A program made the position numbers and the translations under genes. Of a stretch of DNA of 64,000 nucleotides, positions 16,394-27,300 are shown piece by piece (within the stretch, counting starts at the first letter, position 1; every line of letters starts with the position of its first letter). The notes under the pieces are model-generated. The model made no database searches. It was not told the DNA's origin and saw only the letters and a program-made list of their open reading frames with translations. The DNA is from an uncultured virus (IMG/VR IMGVR_UViG_3300001605_000032) (lineage: Duplodnaviria > Heunggongvirae > Uroviricota > Caudoviricetes), in IMG/VR virus record IMGVR_UViG_3300001605_000032, positions 1 to 64,000 of that record; one strand, given 5' to 3'.

Positions 16394-17056
16394 CTACCTA
16401 GTTTTACGTTTGCTTCGCGTCCGTGGCCCGTCTGGCCACAGTTTCTTACCCGTCGTCTTTAAGACCTTCTCCCGCAGCGTGACATTGGCCACGCCCATCC
16501 GCCGCGCCACTACGCCAACAGGCTGGCCGGCGCGCAGCATCGCTATCGCACGTTGCAACTTGGCTTCCGTGAGGCGCGGCTTGGGTCCGAACCGCACGCC
16601 GTGGCGCTTGGCGGTCTCCATGCCCAGCTTGGTCCGCTCCGCAATCAGGTTGCGTTCAAACTCAGCCAGGATGCCAGCAAGCTGAAACATCAGCCGCCCC
16701 ATGGGCGTTGTCGTGTCGAGCTGTTCGTGGATGCTGCGGAGCTGGATGCCGCGCGTTTCGAGATCGTCGAAGATCATCACGAGGTCGCGAATGGACCGGC
16801 TGAGCCTGTCGAAGCGCCAGACCATGATGCCCTCGCCGCTGCGAACGTGGGCAAGCATGTCTTGCAAGCCCGTGCGCTTGGTGTTCTTGCCGCTCGCCTT
16901 GTCCTGATAGATGCGGTCGCGCTCGACACCGCCCTCTCTCGTAAGGGCTTCGATCTGCATTCGCAGGTCTTGGTCGTCAGTCGAGACGCGCGCGTAGCCG
17001 TGCCACAAGATGGCGTCCGGTTTGTCCACAGGGGCGATTTTGTTTGTGCGTCGCAT
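16394..17056 (-). CDS. small serine recombinase (resolvase/invertase family)
   Basis: GYARVSTDDQ (catalytic Ser), VWRFDRLSRS, AEFERNLIAERT, GVRFGPKP and a C-terminal HTH. Confidence 0.93.
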   Translation of the reverse strand: MRRTNKIAPVDKPDAILWHGYARVSTDDQDLRMQIEALTREGGVERDRIYQDKASGKNTKRTGLQDMLAHVRSGEGIMVWRFDRLSRSIRDLVMIFDDLETRGIQLRSIHEQLDTTTPMGRLMFQLAGILAEFERNLIAERTKLGMETAKRHGVRFGPKPRLTEAKLQRAIAMLRAGQPVGVVARRMGVANVTLREKVLKTTGKKLWPDGPRTRSKRKTR

Positions 17057-17109
17057 AAGACGGTATTGCCACAATCCCGCTTTACATGCAAGCGGCGATT
17101 TGCTATATC
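17056..17109. promoter_or_regulatory. 29-bp palindrome at the recombinase start, with overlapping sigma70-like promoter
   Basis: TAAGACGGTATTG-CCA-CAATCCCGCTTTA (17056-17084); TTTACA-N17-TATATC (17081-17109) on the + strand. Confidence 0.65.
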
Positions 17110-17451
17110 AACAACGCCAATGAGTTTGGCCTCTGACGCGGAGGTGCAAGATGCGGCCGATACCTCAAATGGCCGTGAGAGAACCAGCGGGCGCCGGCAG
17201 CAATCGGGGCGCGCAAATCAGAAAGCGGAGAACGCCGCTATGAATCCGCCCACGATAGAAGAAGCGTCAAAGCGATTTTGCCCGTTTACGTTCGCCCCCA
17301 ACCAACATAGGCCGCCATGTGTGACGAACCCGACCCTTTTGAGCACTCAGAACCGTGGTGTCGTATTTGCCGGGTCATGATGTTCTGGCGCGATGCGTGG
17401 GGATCTTGGGTCTGCCCGAAATGTGGGAATTGGGAGTAGGAAGGGCCGGTC

Positions 17452-17814
17452 ATGAGCGACGATCCATCACAGTGGACAATGTCAAAGCCGTTGGCGCCAT
17501 CGGCGTTCAGATTTGTTGCTCAGGGCAGGATGTTCCTGACGATAACGACGGATGGCAGGATCGAGATTGGTGAAGGTTTCGAGCCAGACGAAGCTGGCCG
17601 GAAGGCTATCGAGGGCATGCAGTATCAGTTGGCCTTTATTATAGAGGCGGCGGTCGCAGCGGAACGCGAACGGTGCGCGAAGATTGTCGCCGACGTTGTA
17701 CGCGACGACAGCCCGACAATGGTCGACGGCAACGACGCCGAAGTTGAGGAAGAACTGTGGTTCAACGAGACGCTTCGCGACATCGAAAACGCGATACGCA
17801 ACCCTGTGGAGTGA
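17452..17814 (+). CDS. hypothetical protein
   Basis: 120 aa; AVAAERERCAKI motif typical of small phage proteins. Confidence 0.65.
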   Translation: MSDDPSQWTMSKPLAPSAFRFVAQGRMFLTITTDGRIEIGEGFEPDEAGRKAIEGMQYQLAFIIEAAVAAERERCAKIVADVVRDDSPTMVDGNDAEVEEELWFNETLRDIENAIRNPVE

Positions 17815-17824
17815 GGCCCACGAC

Positions 17825-18343
17825 ATGACACCGGAAGAAAAGCGCCTGCTGATTGAACTGGCAGTAATCGCGCTAAGCGAGGCGTCGCCTGCCGCGCAGC
17901 GCAACATAGAAAAGCTGCTTACCTCCTACCGCGCCGCAGAGTATGGTGAGAGGGACGGGCTGATTGCCAACGGCGCACCGTCGTCGAGTGCTAGGATTTA
18001 CGGATCATACACTGACTTTCTTCCTAGCTCGGACGAATCTGTCGACGGGACCGGCTCCCTACACAACGTCGATCGACCGCGAAGTCTCTACAAAGACAGC
18101 GACGACCGAACCCAACCAACAGAGCCCGGTCTGATCGGCTTGCATGAGGACTTAGCAGACATGGACAAGACTCCACGACACAAAGCCGCCGCAGACGCAG
18201 CACTCAAGGCGGCGGAGGAATCCAGCGACGAAAAGGTGAGCGAAATGCTGAGGATGTACGCGGATGATATCGAGCATGACGGTCGAGCGCACGCGCCGCA
18301 GTGGATGCGAGTAGCCGCCGCACGACTCTTATCGATGTCCTAG
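17825..18343 (+). CDS. hypothetical protein, convergent with the giant gene
   Basis: Starts MTPEEKRLLIELAV; 172 aa. Confidence 0.6.
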   Translation: MTPEEKRLLIELAVIALSEASPAAQRNIEKLLTSYRAAEYGERDGLIANGAPSSSARIYGSYTDFLPSSDESVDGTGSLHNVDRPRSLYKDSDDRTQPTEPGLIGLHEDLADMDKTPRHKAAADAALKAAEESSDEKVSEMLRMYADDIEHDGRAHAPQWMRVAAARLLSMS

Positions 18344-18396
18344 CGTGTGGCAAGCCCGATCCGTGCATCGCCGACCAACCCAACAGAGCCAGTCTT

Positions 18397-21300
18397 TTAT
18401 TTCATACTAGCACGCCGAATAATCGCCATCGCCTGCTCAATGGAATCTGTGTCGAGCTTCGGAACCTCTACGCTGCCACCACTGGCACGACGTGCCGCTT
18501 GCGGAACTGGCGTTTCCCATGGGGGTGTCGCGCGGCGTTGATCCGGTGTCATCCGCTGCCGTTCTGCATGTATGCGAGCATCTGCGACGGTCTTGATCTC
18601 GTCGGGTTCATCGGTCTCGTACAGCCACTGGCCGTTGCGCTTGAACCAGTTGGTTGCGTCCCAGATCTCCTTGGGTGACGCGCCACGCTTGGCCATAATG
18701 ATGGCTGTGGTGTAGGCGTTGATGTCTGCGCCTGGAGAAGTAATCGTGCCGAACGAGAGTGCCGGGCCGGTAGCACCAAACCGAACAATCTGCTGATCCT
18801 CCGGCACGTCGTAGTCAAGCCAGGGAGGACGGGCGCGACGCTCATCTGCCGTCATGTCCATGCGCTTCTGGACGGCGCGGGCTTCGACTTCGCCAGCAAA
18901 CCGTCGATAAACGCTGTCAGCCAGCGATTGCGGTGTCGTTACGTCAACATTAGTCCATGCGTCCATTCCGGTCGGGTCTTTGCGCGCACTCAAATCGGCC
19001 AGCGCCTTGGCATATTCCGGAGTTTGCTTGGCGATAGCTAAATTGCTCCCACCGTCAAAGCCCTCATCCTTCTGGATTGCGTGTGTCCCTTCATGCAAGG
19101 CTGTACTCTTGAACTCCTTTGGTGCCAACGCTTCGTTGAACCCAAACGTATTCCGTGTTGGGTTGAACGTACCTCGTGCGCCACTACCTTCGCGAAGCAA
19201 TCCCGCCGAGTATGCCATGATATCAGGATATGCGGAACTCAGGCCGTCGTGCTGCAACAAGTTACGCAACTGCAGCATGCCATCTCCACCACGAGCCTCC
19301 ATTGCGGAAGCGTATGCGCCGCCAGCACTCGGAGCCATCGGAACGCCGTTGCGACGTTCGATCCATTGCCGCATTGGAACGGGTGAACCAGCCCCACTAT
19401 CATCGATCTCGAACCGCCACTTGCCATCGACACCACGGAACCATCCCGTGTCGGTCCAGATCTGATCGCGTGTCGATCCATCCGCCTCCAGCTGCTTGGC
19501 GCGAGCGAGAGCATCCATGTCGGCCGTCTTGGCGCGCTCGCCGCCGAACGCGAACATGGCCTGTCCGCGTTCCATCACATCAGCCTTGATCTTGGGCGTC
19601 AGTGGGAACAGCGTGAAGCCGTTTCCCTTCATGCCGGAAGGGGTTTCGAGTTCGTCCACCTTGATCGGCTTGGCGCTGTCCTTGTCCAGCTTTTCGAGGA
19701 TTTTGCGCAGGTTCTTGGGGACGATTCCGTCGATCAGTCGGTCGCTTGCCTTCTCAATCACTTTGAGCCGCTTGAATATCGCATCAACCTTGGCCGCCGT
19801 GTCATCGACATCCTTGCGGGCAGTCTTGAGTTCGGTGGCGCTGTTCGGCGTGGTGCGTTCGGCGTTCCGCTTCCGAACTTCCGTTTGGGACGCTAGAGCT
19901 TGATTGTATTCCCATTCCGCGTCTTTCAGATCGGCCTTCAGCTTGTTATACTCATCAGCGCTGCGAACCTGCGTGGCCCCGTAAAACCCACGCATCCCGC
20001 CTTCATCGCCAGGATTGTAGCTCAGCACCGTATCGCCACTCGGGATCGCGATATAGGCCGCATCTGCTTCTGCCGCCTGACGGAGTGCACGGCGGAGTGT
20101 CGTCGTCGTCCACTGGTCGGTGGTGTTGACGAGGGGATTGCCGGGAGTGGCGGCTTGTGCCGTTTCCAATTCAGCACGCAAGCGTGCGATTTCCGACGCC
20201 TGCTGCGGCTCAAGATTTTTCATCTTAGTCAACTCGGCAAGCGCCGACTTCGTGTTCGGCCCGTCAAAACCGTTTCGGAGTTCATAAACCAGCTTGCTGA
20301 TCGCTTCGTCGAGATTGTAGTTGCGCTGGTATAGCGCCTCTTGCGCCTCTTGTGATATTTTCAGTGCTTCAATCTCAGAGCGCAGCCGTGCGATCTTACC
20401 CTCATCCCTGACGCCTCCATCCCTGAGCTTCTGCCCCCAATCGCTCTGGATTTGGTCGATGAGGTATACCGGCTGGCCCTCATGCTTGACCATTGACGTC
20501 ATCATATGGCCGATGATGTTGGGCTCGGGGAAATGGCCGGAGCGGAAACCAGCGTTCAGCGTCATTGTCTCCTTTGGCTGCACCACTGCACCGGGAGGGG
20601 CCGCGCGCCGAGCGTTTTCCTCAGTGTCGTATGTGGCGCTGCGCTGCGTTGCCGGGTCAAACCATTCCCATGCGTAAAGGCGCTTTTCAGTGTCCGGCAG
20701 ATGCAGCACCGTCTCCCTGTAGGTGGGGTTCGATGGATCGATGGAGTAGGAGGACCATTTAGTGGAGCGCTGGCCTTCAACGGCCCATTGATCCTCTGTG
20801 ATGCGAATTATCGAGCCATCTGGGAATTTGTAACCAACGGCGCTTGAGTTCGGAATGTCGATCTCGCGCCCCTTCAACTGTTCGATGATGTCAAACATGC
20901 CTTGACCGCTTCGCGTGGTCTCAGCGTTGATATCGTAGTCCATCAGTCGCGCAAAAGTGTCGGCCGCTGTTGTTCCGCTGCGGTCAAATCCGTAATTGCT
21001 CTCCCTCAGCCCCACCCTATTTGCTTCCAGGTGGGCCACTATCTCGTCACGGGTGATGGACTTCTTGCCGTCGAGGAAACCACGCAACCCTGTCGCCTCG
21101 ATCTCCGCATCCTTGACGCCTGCGGATTTAAGCTGCGCCAGCATCTGCTCTGGCGTGCCGCGAGATTGTTTAAGGTCTCGTGCCACTTCCAATGCATGAG
21201 AGTAGTAGCCGAGTGTGTCTTGGTCGCGCAGGCGCTGGCGCTGGATGGCAAACAGCGTGTCTTTGCCCTGCTTTGCCAGATCCTGCGTGAACTTGGCCGC

Positions 21301-24300
21301 AATTTTGTCCTTGGCGTCTTCCTTCCTCGAATCGTACTCACGGTATGGAATGCCGTTCTTGTCGAGAATGTCGCGGGTTTCTGGCGATGCGTTCTTGGGG
21401 ATCACCGCGCCAGCGAACTCGTTCAGCTTCACCACGCGTTGCGGCTTGGACTCAAAGTAGGGAACGGGCGCTTCCATGAACGCCTTGCCCGCCTCTAGGC
21501 CAAGCTCAAGCACGTCAGCAGGAACGCCGACAAAGTCTTCTCGCGCCAGCGCTGATCTCAGGCCGCTTGCACCGCCGCCACGCTTGGCCCATGCCGCCAT
21601 GGCTCGCATTGATCCGTCGAGAGCTTCAAACGTCGAACCGAACGACCCGCTCTGGCCAGAATTGGCGCGGACGTACTTGTTGTACGGCACCACGGCGTTG
21701 CGCCATTCCTCCATCAGCGCCTTGGCCTTTTCGCGAGCCTCGTTGACGCTCTTTTCGTCGGCCATCTGCCAGTCAGCGCGGGTGCGGGCTTCCTCGACGC
21801 TGCCGATACGAGATGCGGCAGCAGCGCGTGCCTTACCTTCACCAAACGTCATGTGATCTTCTTGCGCCGTGACGGATCGCGGCGCGGTCATGACGCGCGT
21901 GATGTTCTCCAGCGTATAAGGCTCGAACCTGCCGTTCACTTTGATCCTTGGCTCGCCGTACAGCGGCACGATCTGGTTCTCTGCCCACGTCTTGAACTCA
22001 GCCTCGAACGGCTTGATCGCGCGTTCCAGTCGCTCGCGTGTCTTGGCGCTGTCGACGGCCTTTTTGCCGATCTTGTCCACGTCCTGTTGGAGGGACCACG
22101 TGTTGATCATCGGCTGATTGTCGTCAGTGACGGCATGGTCGCGATACAGTTCACGGAAGTGTGCCTTGTCCTCGTCGTCAAGCGTTCGTCCGTCCGTCGT
22201 CATGTTCTTCGATGCGACGTATTCGTCGATTGCGTCGGATATGGCTTGCCCAAGCATCTGGCGTGTTGCGGCTTCGTTTTCAGGCTCGCTATACGACCAG
22301 TCCTTTGGCGCTGCTTTGAGAAATGCCTTGAACGCTGCGGTATCTATCCACGGAAAGCGTGAACCGACCATCGCACTGCGCATGACAGGCTCGACGGTCT
22401 TGCCCTTCACCTTGTCCAGGAACATCGCCTGAGCCGCTTTTGAGCGCAGCATCGGTCGGATTGCTGATTCGGGATTGGGGCGGTTGACCATGGCGTCCCA
22501 TGTCTCTTGCGCCGGTCCAGTGTCGTCGAACTTTATCCCGTAGGGTCGCAGCGCGTCCATTAAAGGCTGCGCTTTGCTGGTCGATACCGCCTTGTAGTCA
22601 GGACGCGGGAACCTGATTGACCAAGCGTCCGCGTCATACACCGGGTTCTGGCTCGGATCGCCTAGGCTTTTCTGGCCGATCATCGTGATCTCGCCAAAGC
22701 CATGACCCATCCCCATGCCTTCCTTCACAACGCCGATGGAAGGCACTGCTATGCCGCCCATCTTGTCGGCAAAGGCAAGGTTCTCAGCGGAAAGGTTGTG
22801 GAGTGCAGCAAGGCGAGTCTTGGCCTTCTGGGCAGCAGCCATGAGATCGGAGCTACCGCTGCGTTCCTGGTCGAAGTCCGCGTTCACATGGCGGATGTCG
22901 CTGGTATTGAACATCGCCGTCTGACCAAGCTCGGCAACGCTGCCATCGCGATTGCGATAAACGGTCTGGATACCCTTGTATCCTTGCGCCTTAACAGCCT
23001 TGTCGGTCGCTGCGATAAGCCGGTCACGCTCTGCCATGTCCAGTGTCGAATCAGTGATGGGACGGCCACCCGATATGCGCTCGAACTCAGCCTTGTAATC
23101 CGTCTCGTCGATCAGTGGCCCTCGCACCCAAAGCGGGCCAACAACGTTAGGTCGATCGCCAAGGCCGCGATCCTTGGCAGCCATGGCCCAACTGTTGCCG
23201 CCTTCACGGTTTGCGTCGAGATAGACCTTGCCTTTGCCAAGACCTACGCCGCGACGGCGACCTTCCTTGTCCTGTGCCTTGCGGAGATCGAACCCTGTTT
23301 CAGTCAGATCGCGGCCGGTGCCGTGCCAGTAGTTCACCGACGTGTCGAACCCAGCCGCTTCCGCTTTCTCGCGTTGCAGTTCCATGTTGGATGGGCTCTG
23401 GCTTGCTTGCGCAGCCCCGACAAGTTCCATCTCACCTTGCGCCGCATCCCCTTGCGGCACTCTCCATATGCTACCATCTAAGATGGCGTCGAGAATCACC
23501 GCGATCTCCGGATCAACGTCCACCGCGCCCGCATTGTAGAGTTCGGTGAGGTGCGCCACCTTCTCTTGTGCTATCCTCTCCTTGATGTCAGGCTGGCCAG
23601 CGTAGAGTCTGTTGTAGATCTTGGCCAAGCTCTCATTGTCTACCGCAAGCCTAGCGTTCGGATGTCCCGTCGCCTCCATGAACGACATGAGACCCATATC
23701 CATCACACGGAGATCGTCACTATGCCGCGCCAGCCGACCGATGATGAAATCACTCAGATGCCCGCCCCGGCAGAGAGCATGGACGTTCTCATGCCCCAGT
23801 TCACCCCGGAATACCTGGCTCGTGTAGCCCGTGAAATCAAAGCGGAAGAAGCTGACAACGCCAACGCTGCGCCCGTCGTCGGTGGTAGCCGGCCAAAGCC
23901 CGTTTCTGACGCCAGCGATCGATGACCACCGCTGATTTGAATACGCCTTGCTGCCGTCCGCCAGCTTGAACGTGACGCGGACCATGCCAGCGGTTGGGAA
24001 GTTCTTGTAGGGCGCGATACTCTCAACCGTACCCACTGGCGTTCCAGGCGGGAACATCCCGGCGAATTGCTCAATACGATCCAAAGCCTCGGCAACAACT
24101 TCCGGCTCTATCCGCACCACCTTGCCATTGGCAAAACTTTGCGCCGCACGCGCACGCATCGCAGCGTCACGCTTGGCGCCGATCTCGCCATTCACAGCAG
24201 CCATCAGATTGGCGCTGGCTTCCTGGGCAGGATCAAAGGCGGCGTTGATTGAACGTGCGCTGGACGGGCTTTTGACGACGCGAACAACATGATCGTCGTC

Positions 24301-27300
24301 ATGCGATACGGATGGATGGTGGAACTCCACCCAGTCCAGTCCTTCCGAGTCGATGATATCCTTGGCGACGACGTCGGGATCTTCTTCGGTCTCGAATAGT
24401 GCTTCCTCTATCTCCGGGTCGATATTGCGGCCATTCCCGCGTTTCATGTAAGCGGGCATGACGTTGGCGTTGTCGCCGGTATTGGTGAGTGCAACACCTT
24501 GCGAGTATGCCGACGCCTCGCCTGGACTGGTGGTCCACATCGAGTATGGGCGTAGCGCGTGCATCCCGCTTACGCCGCGATACCACACCCTACTCGTATC
24601 AAACCCCATCGCCTCCGCACGTGCTTTGCGTGCTTCTGGTGACATGTCGAGACCAGACGAAGCGGCGAAGAACGCGCTGCCATCATCAGCAGGCAGCCGC
24701 AGCCCACCCGTCGATGCATCCCTGACGTTGGCAGCTAGCTCCGGAACGCCTGCAAGTTTCGCCGCATACCACCTATGGTGACCATCAAGCACAAACGGCG
24801 TGCCATCCTTGGCTATGGCAACTTCGATAGGATATATCGGCAATCCATAGGCTATGTCGCTCAGCGATTTACGAACCCTGGCGACGCTGATCTCGTTCTG
24901 GATCGACTTGATGTCAGCGACCGGAACGTTGGCTTGTCCGGTAACGACCTTTCCTGCACCGATGAGACCGTCAAGGTCTCGGTCGATGTATAGCCTGTCG
25001 TCTGTAGGCCACCACGTCTTGAGAGCTTCACGCGCGCGCTGACGTGCTGCTTCATCGGGTATCGTGCCGGTTTGTGTTGAACCGATGGCCGCATCGGGTC
25101 CGGCATGGGCAGCAAGAATGTCGTCGCGCTGTTGTGGTGTAACGGGCTTGCCGTCTTTCGCAACGATCTTGATCAATGAGTCGTCCAGGATGACGTGGTT
25201 CCACCCGTCGCCGACTGCGGCGTCGCGATAACGAAACGCGTCTACTCCGCGACGCGTGAACTCCGATCGAAGCGCATCTTGGTTTAGACCCTGCTGTGAC
25301 AGTGGCAGCCCGCGTTCCATGGGCGCATTGGGATCGACGGCGACGTGTCGCCACGTAACAGCGCGATAGAGATCGCCCCACGTCTTGATCGGTGCGCGCG
25401 GATAGGGGTTCTCTTTTACACCGAAACTGGACAATTGGTCCGCTGGAACGGGATCGTCCCACCCACGAACTCGCGCCGGATCAAGTTGGCTGATGTCGAG
25501 TTCGTAAACTTTACTACCGTAAGTTCCCGCGTAGTCTGGTCGCGAAGTAACGAAAACGCCATGAGCCTCAACTTGATCATCGCGCACCCTTGAAAGCGAA
25601 GGCTTATCAAAGTCATGCGGGCTGCCATGGTAAGCAGTAATCGCCGCCAGTATCCCATCATCCTCCGGCGGCAACTTCTCCACCAGATCGGACAATTCGT
25701 TGTACGCCCTACGGAACTTGTTCCGATCTTCTGCCTTTGTCGCCGTGTTGGCTAGAACTGCGGCTTGTCGTTGCTCGACGCGCAACGCGTTCGGGCTGTA
25801 ATACTTGCCATTGTGCTCTACGTAGTTCGTGATGCTGGTGATCGCGCCGGGAATGATATCCCCTTGCCGCTCCCAAGCATTCCACATCGCGTAGGCTTCC
25901 GGCGTCATCGTGTCGGGCGCAATGATCTCGCCGCCCAACTGCTGCTGCACGGCATCTAGGAACTCGGTCCCGAGCCCTTTGAGCACGTACTTCGGTTTGA
26001 CGTTTAGGCTTTGCACCTGCCACACGCCGGGCTCGACCTCCGACACCTTGGCCTTGGCCATATGGATCGGGCCGGAATGGTCGAGATTGCGCAAAGCGGT
26101 GACGGGGTTGGCAACGAACGGCCACGTCACTTTTGGCGGATGCAGATAGACGTACACTTGCCTCAATCCCTTTGGATTAGGCGTCGTAGGAATGATCCGA
26201 CCAGTGAACCCTTGGACTGAGAATGATCCATCGCGTCTATATTGTCCGCCAGCATCAACGCCTCCATTGCTTGCGCTGCCAGTCTGGCCTGTTCCGGGCT
26301 GTTCGGCGGCAACTTGTCCGCTTGGTCTATTTGGACGTGAGCGCTCTGTCGCAGTTCCTGCGGTGTCAGCATCCGTCTTCCCCCGAATGAAATCGATCAA
26401 GTCCTTGGGCGTCCACCCGCCCACTGCAAACATAGGTTCCTCACCCTGCTGTCGCAAGACGGCGTTCTTGATCTTCTCCCATCGCCGCTGGACGGCCTTC
26501 GGTGTCAGCCCGCCGCCGAACTCGGCATTGAGAATAACCGCGCGCTCATTGAAATTCGGCGCCTCATCAATCAGTGCAGCAAGACGATTGTCGGCTTCAA
26601 CGCTCCATTGGAAGCCCTTTGGCGTTCCCCGCCGGCCGGTGTGTGCAAGGTTCGGATTGCGAGCGCGCAACGANTTGTATGGTGACCGGTCGTAACACGG
26701 CTCGCTGCATCGCNAANTNCCGCCTTCAACGCTGCGGCGGCTTGATCGGTTGTCAGGTTTCGATACTCTGGCGTCGCAAGACGCGCTCGCATCCCATCCG
26801 TCAGCGGCGATGACGATAAATATCGATCGCCATCGTACTGATAGCCAAGCTCAGCACGCTTCTGGCGCACGGCATCGGCAGTGAGGTTGACAGAATCGTC
26901 TGGAAACTCTTTGCTCAAAACGGTTCTTATTTCAGCGCTGGTCTTCGCGCGCAAGTCAGGCTGACCTAGCCGCTCGACCATGCCCGGCGTCCAAACCGTT
27001 CGCCCTTTTTCCCGCGCCAGTTGCCGGCCGCGCTCCTTGAGCCATTCCTGCATTTCAGGTCGCGCCATGGTCTGGCGCATGCGCTCGGATTGTTCTTCGC
27101 GGTAGCCGGGACGCTCCATCAGACGGCGCATGCGCTCTGATCGGATCTGGCGCTGCTCCGGGCTCTGGTGGAATGCCAGCCGGCGCTCGGCAGCCAACTG
27201 CGACCTGCGACTGGCGTCTGCCTCACCACGCACCTGAGCTACGGCCTGCTCGACCAACGCTGGCCGAACATATTGACCGAACTGCTTGGTAAGCCTCCCT

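Larger units (their letters stand above)
9916..16406 (-). repeat. array of about 17 mini-cassettes delimited by a degenerate 16-bp junction motif NAAGA-C-N4-NNGGAG
   Basis: Motif copies (plus coordinates): 16391-16406, 16138-16153, 15859-15874, 15615-15630, 15270-15285, 15003-15018, 14392-14407, 14098-14113, 13614-13629, 13332-13347, 12185-12200 and 9916-9931; weaker copies at 14817, 14574 and 12307. Confidence 0.65.

Noticed and set aside
9916..16406. Classical integron or CRISPR array
   Set aside because: No attC-like long palindromes with RYYYAAC/GTTRRRY ends, the tyrosine recombinase looks like an ordinary phage integrase with its own attP, the repeats are degenerate, the units are gene-sized and there are no cas genes.
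17120..17440. Small + strand ORFs or structured RNA downstream of the divergent promoter
   Set aside because: The fragments (MNPPTIEEASKRFCPF... and MMFWRDAWGSWVCPKCGNWE) may be real or decayed genes, but the evidence is too weak to call.
26660..26730. Programmed frameshift or two separate genes in the giant ORF
   Set aside because: The frame change coincides with several N bases, so a sequencing or assembly error is the simpler explanation.
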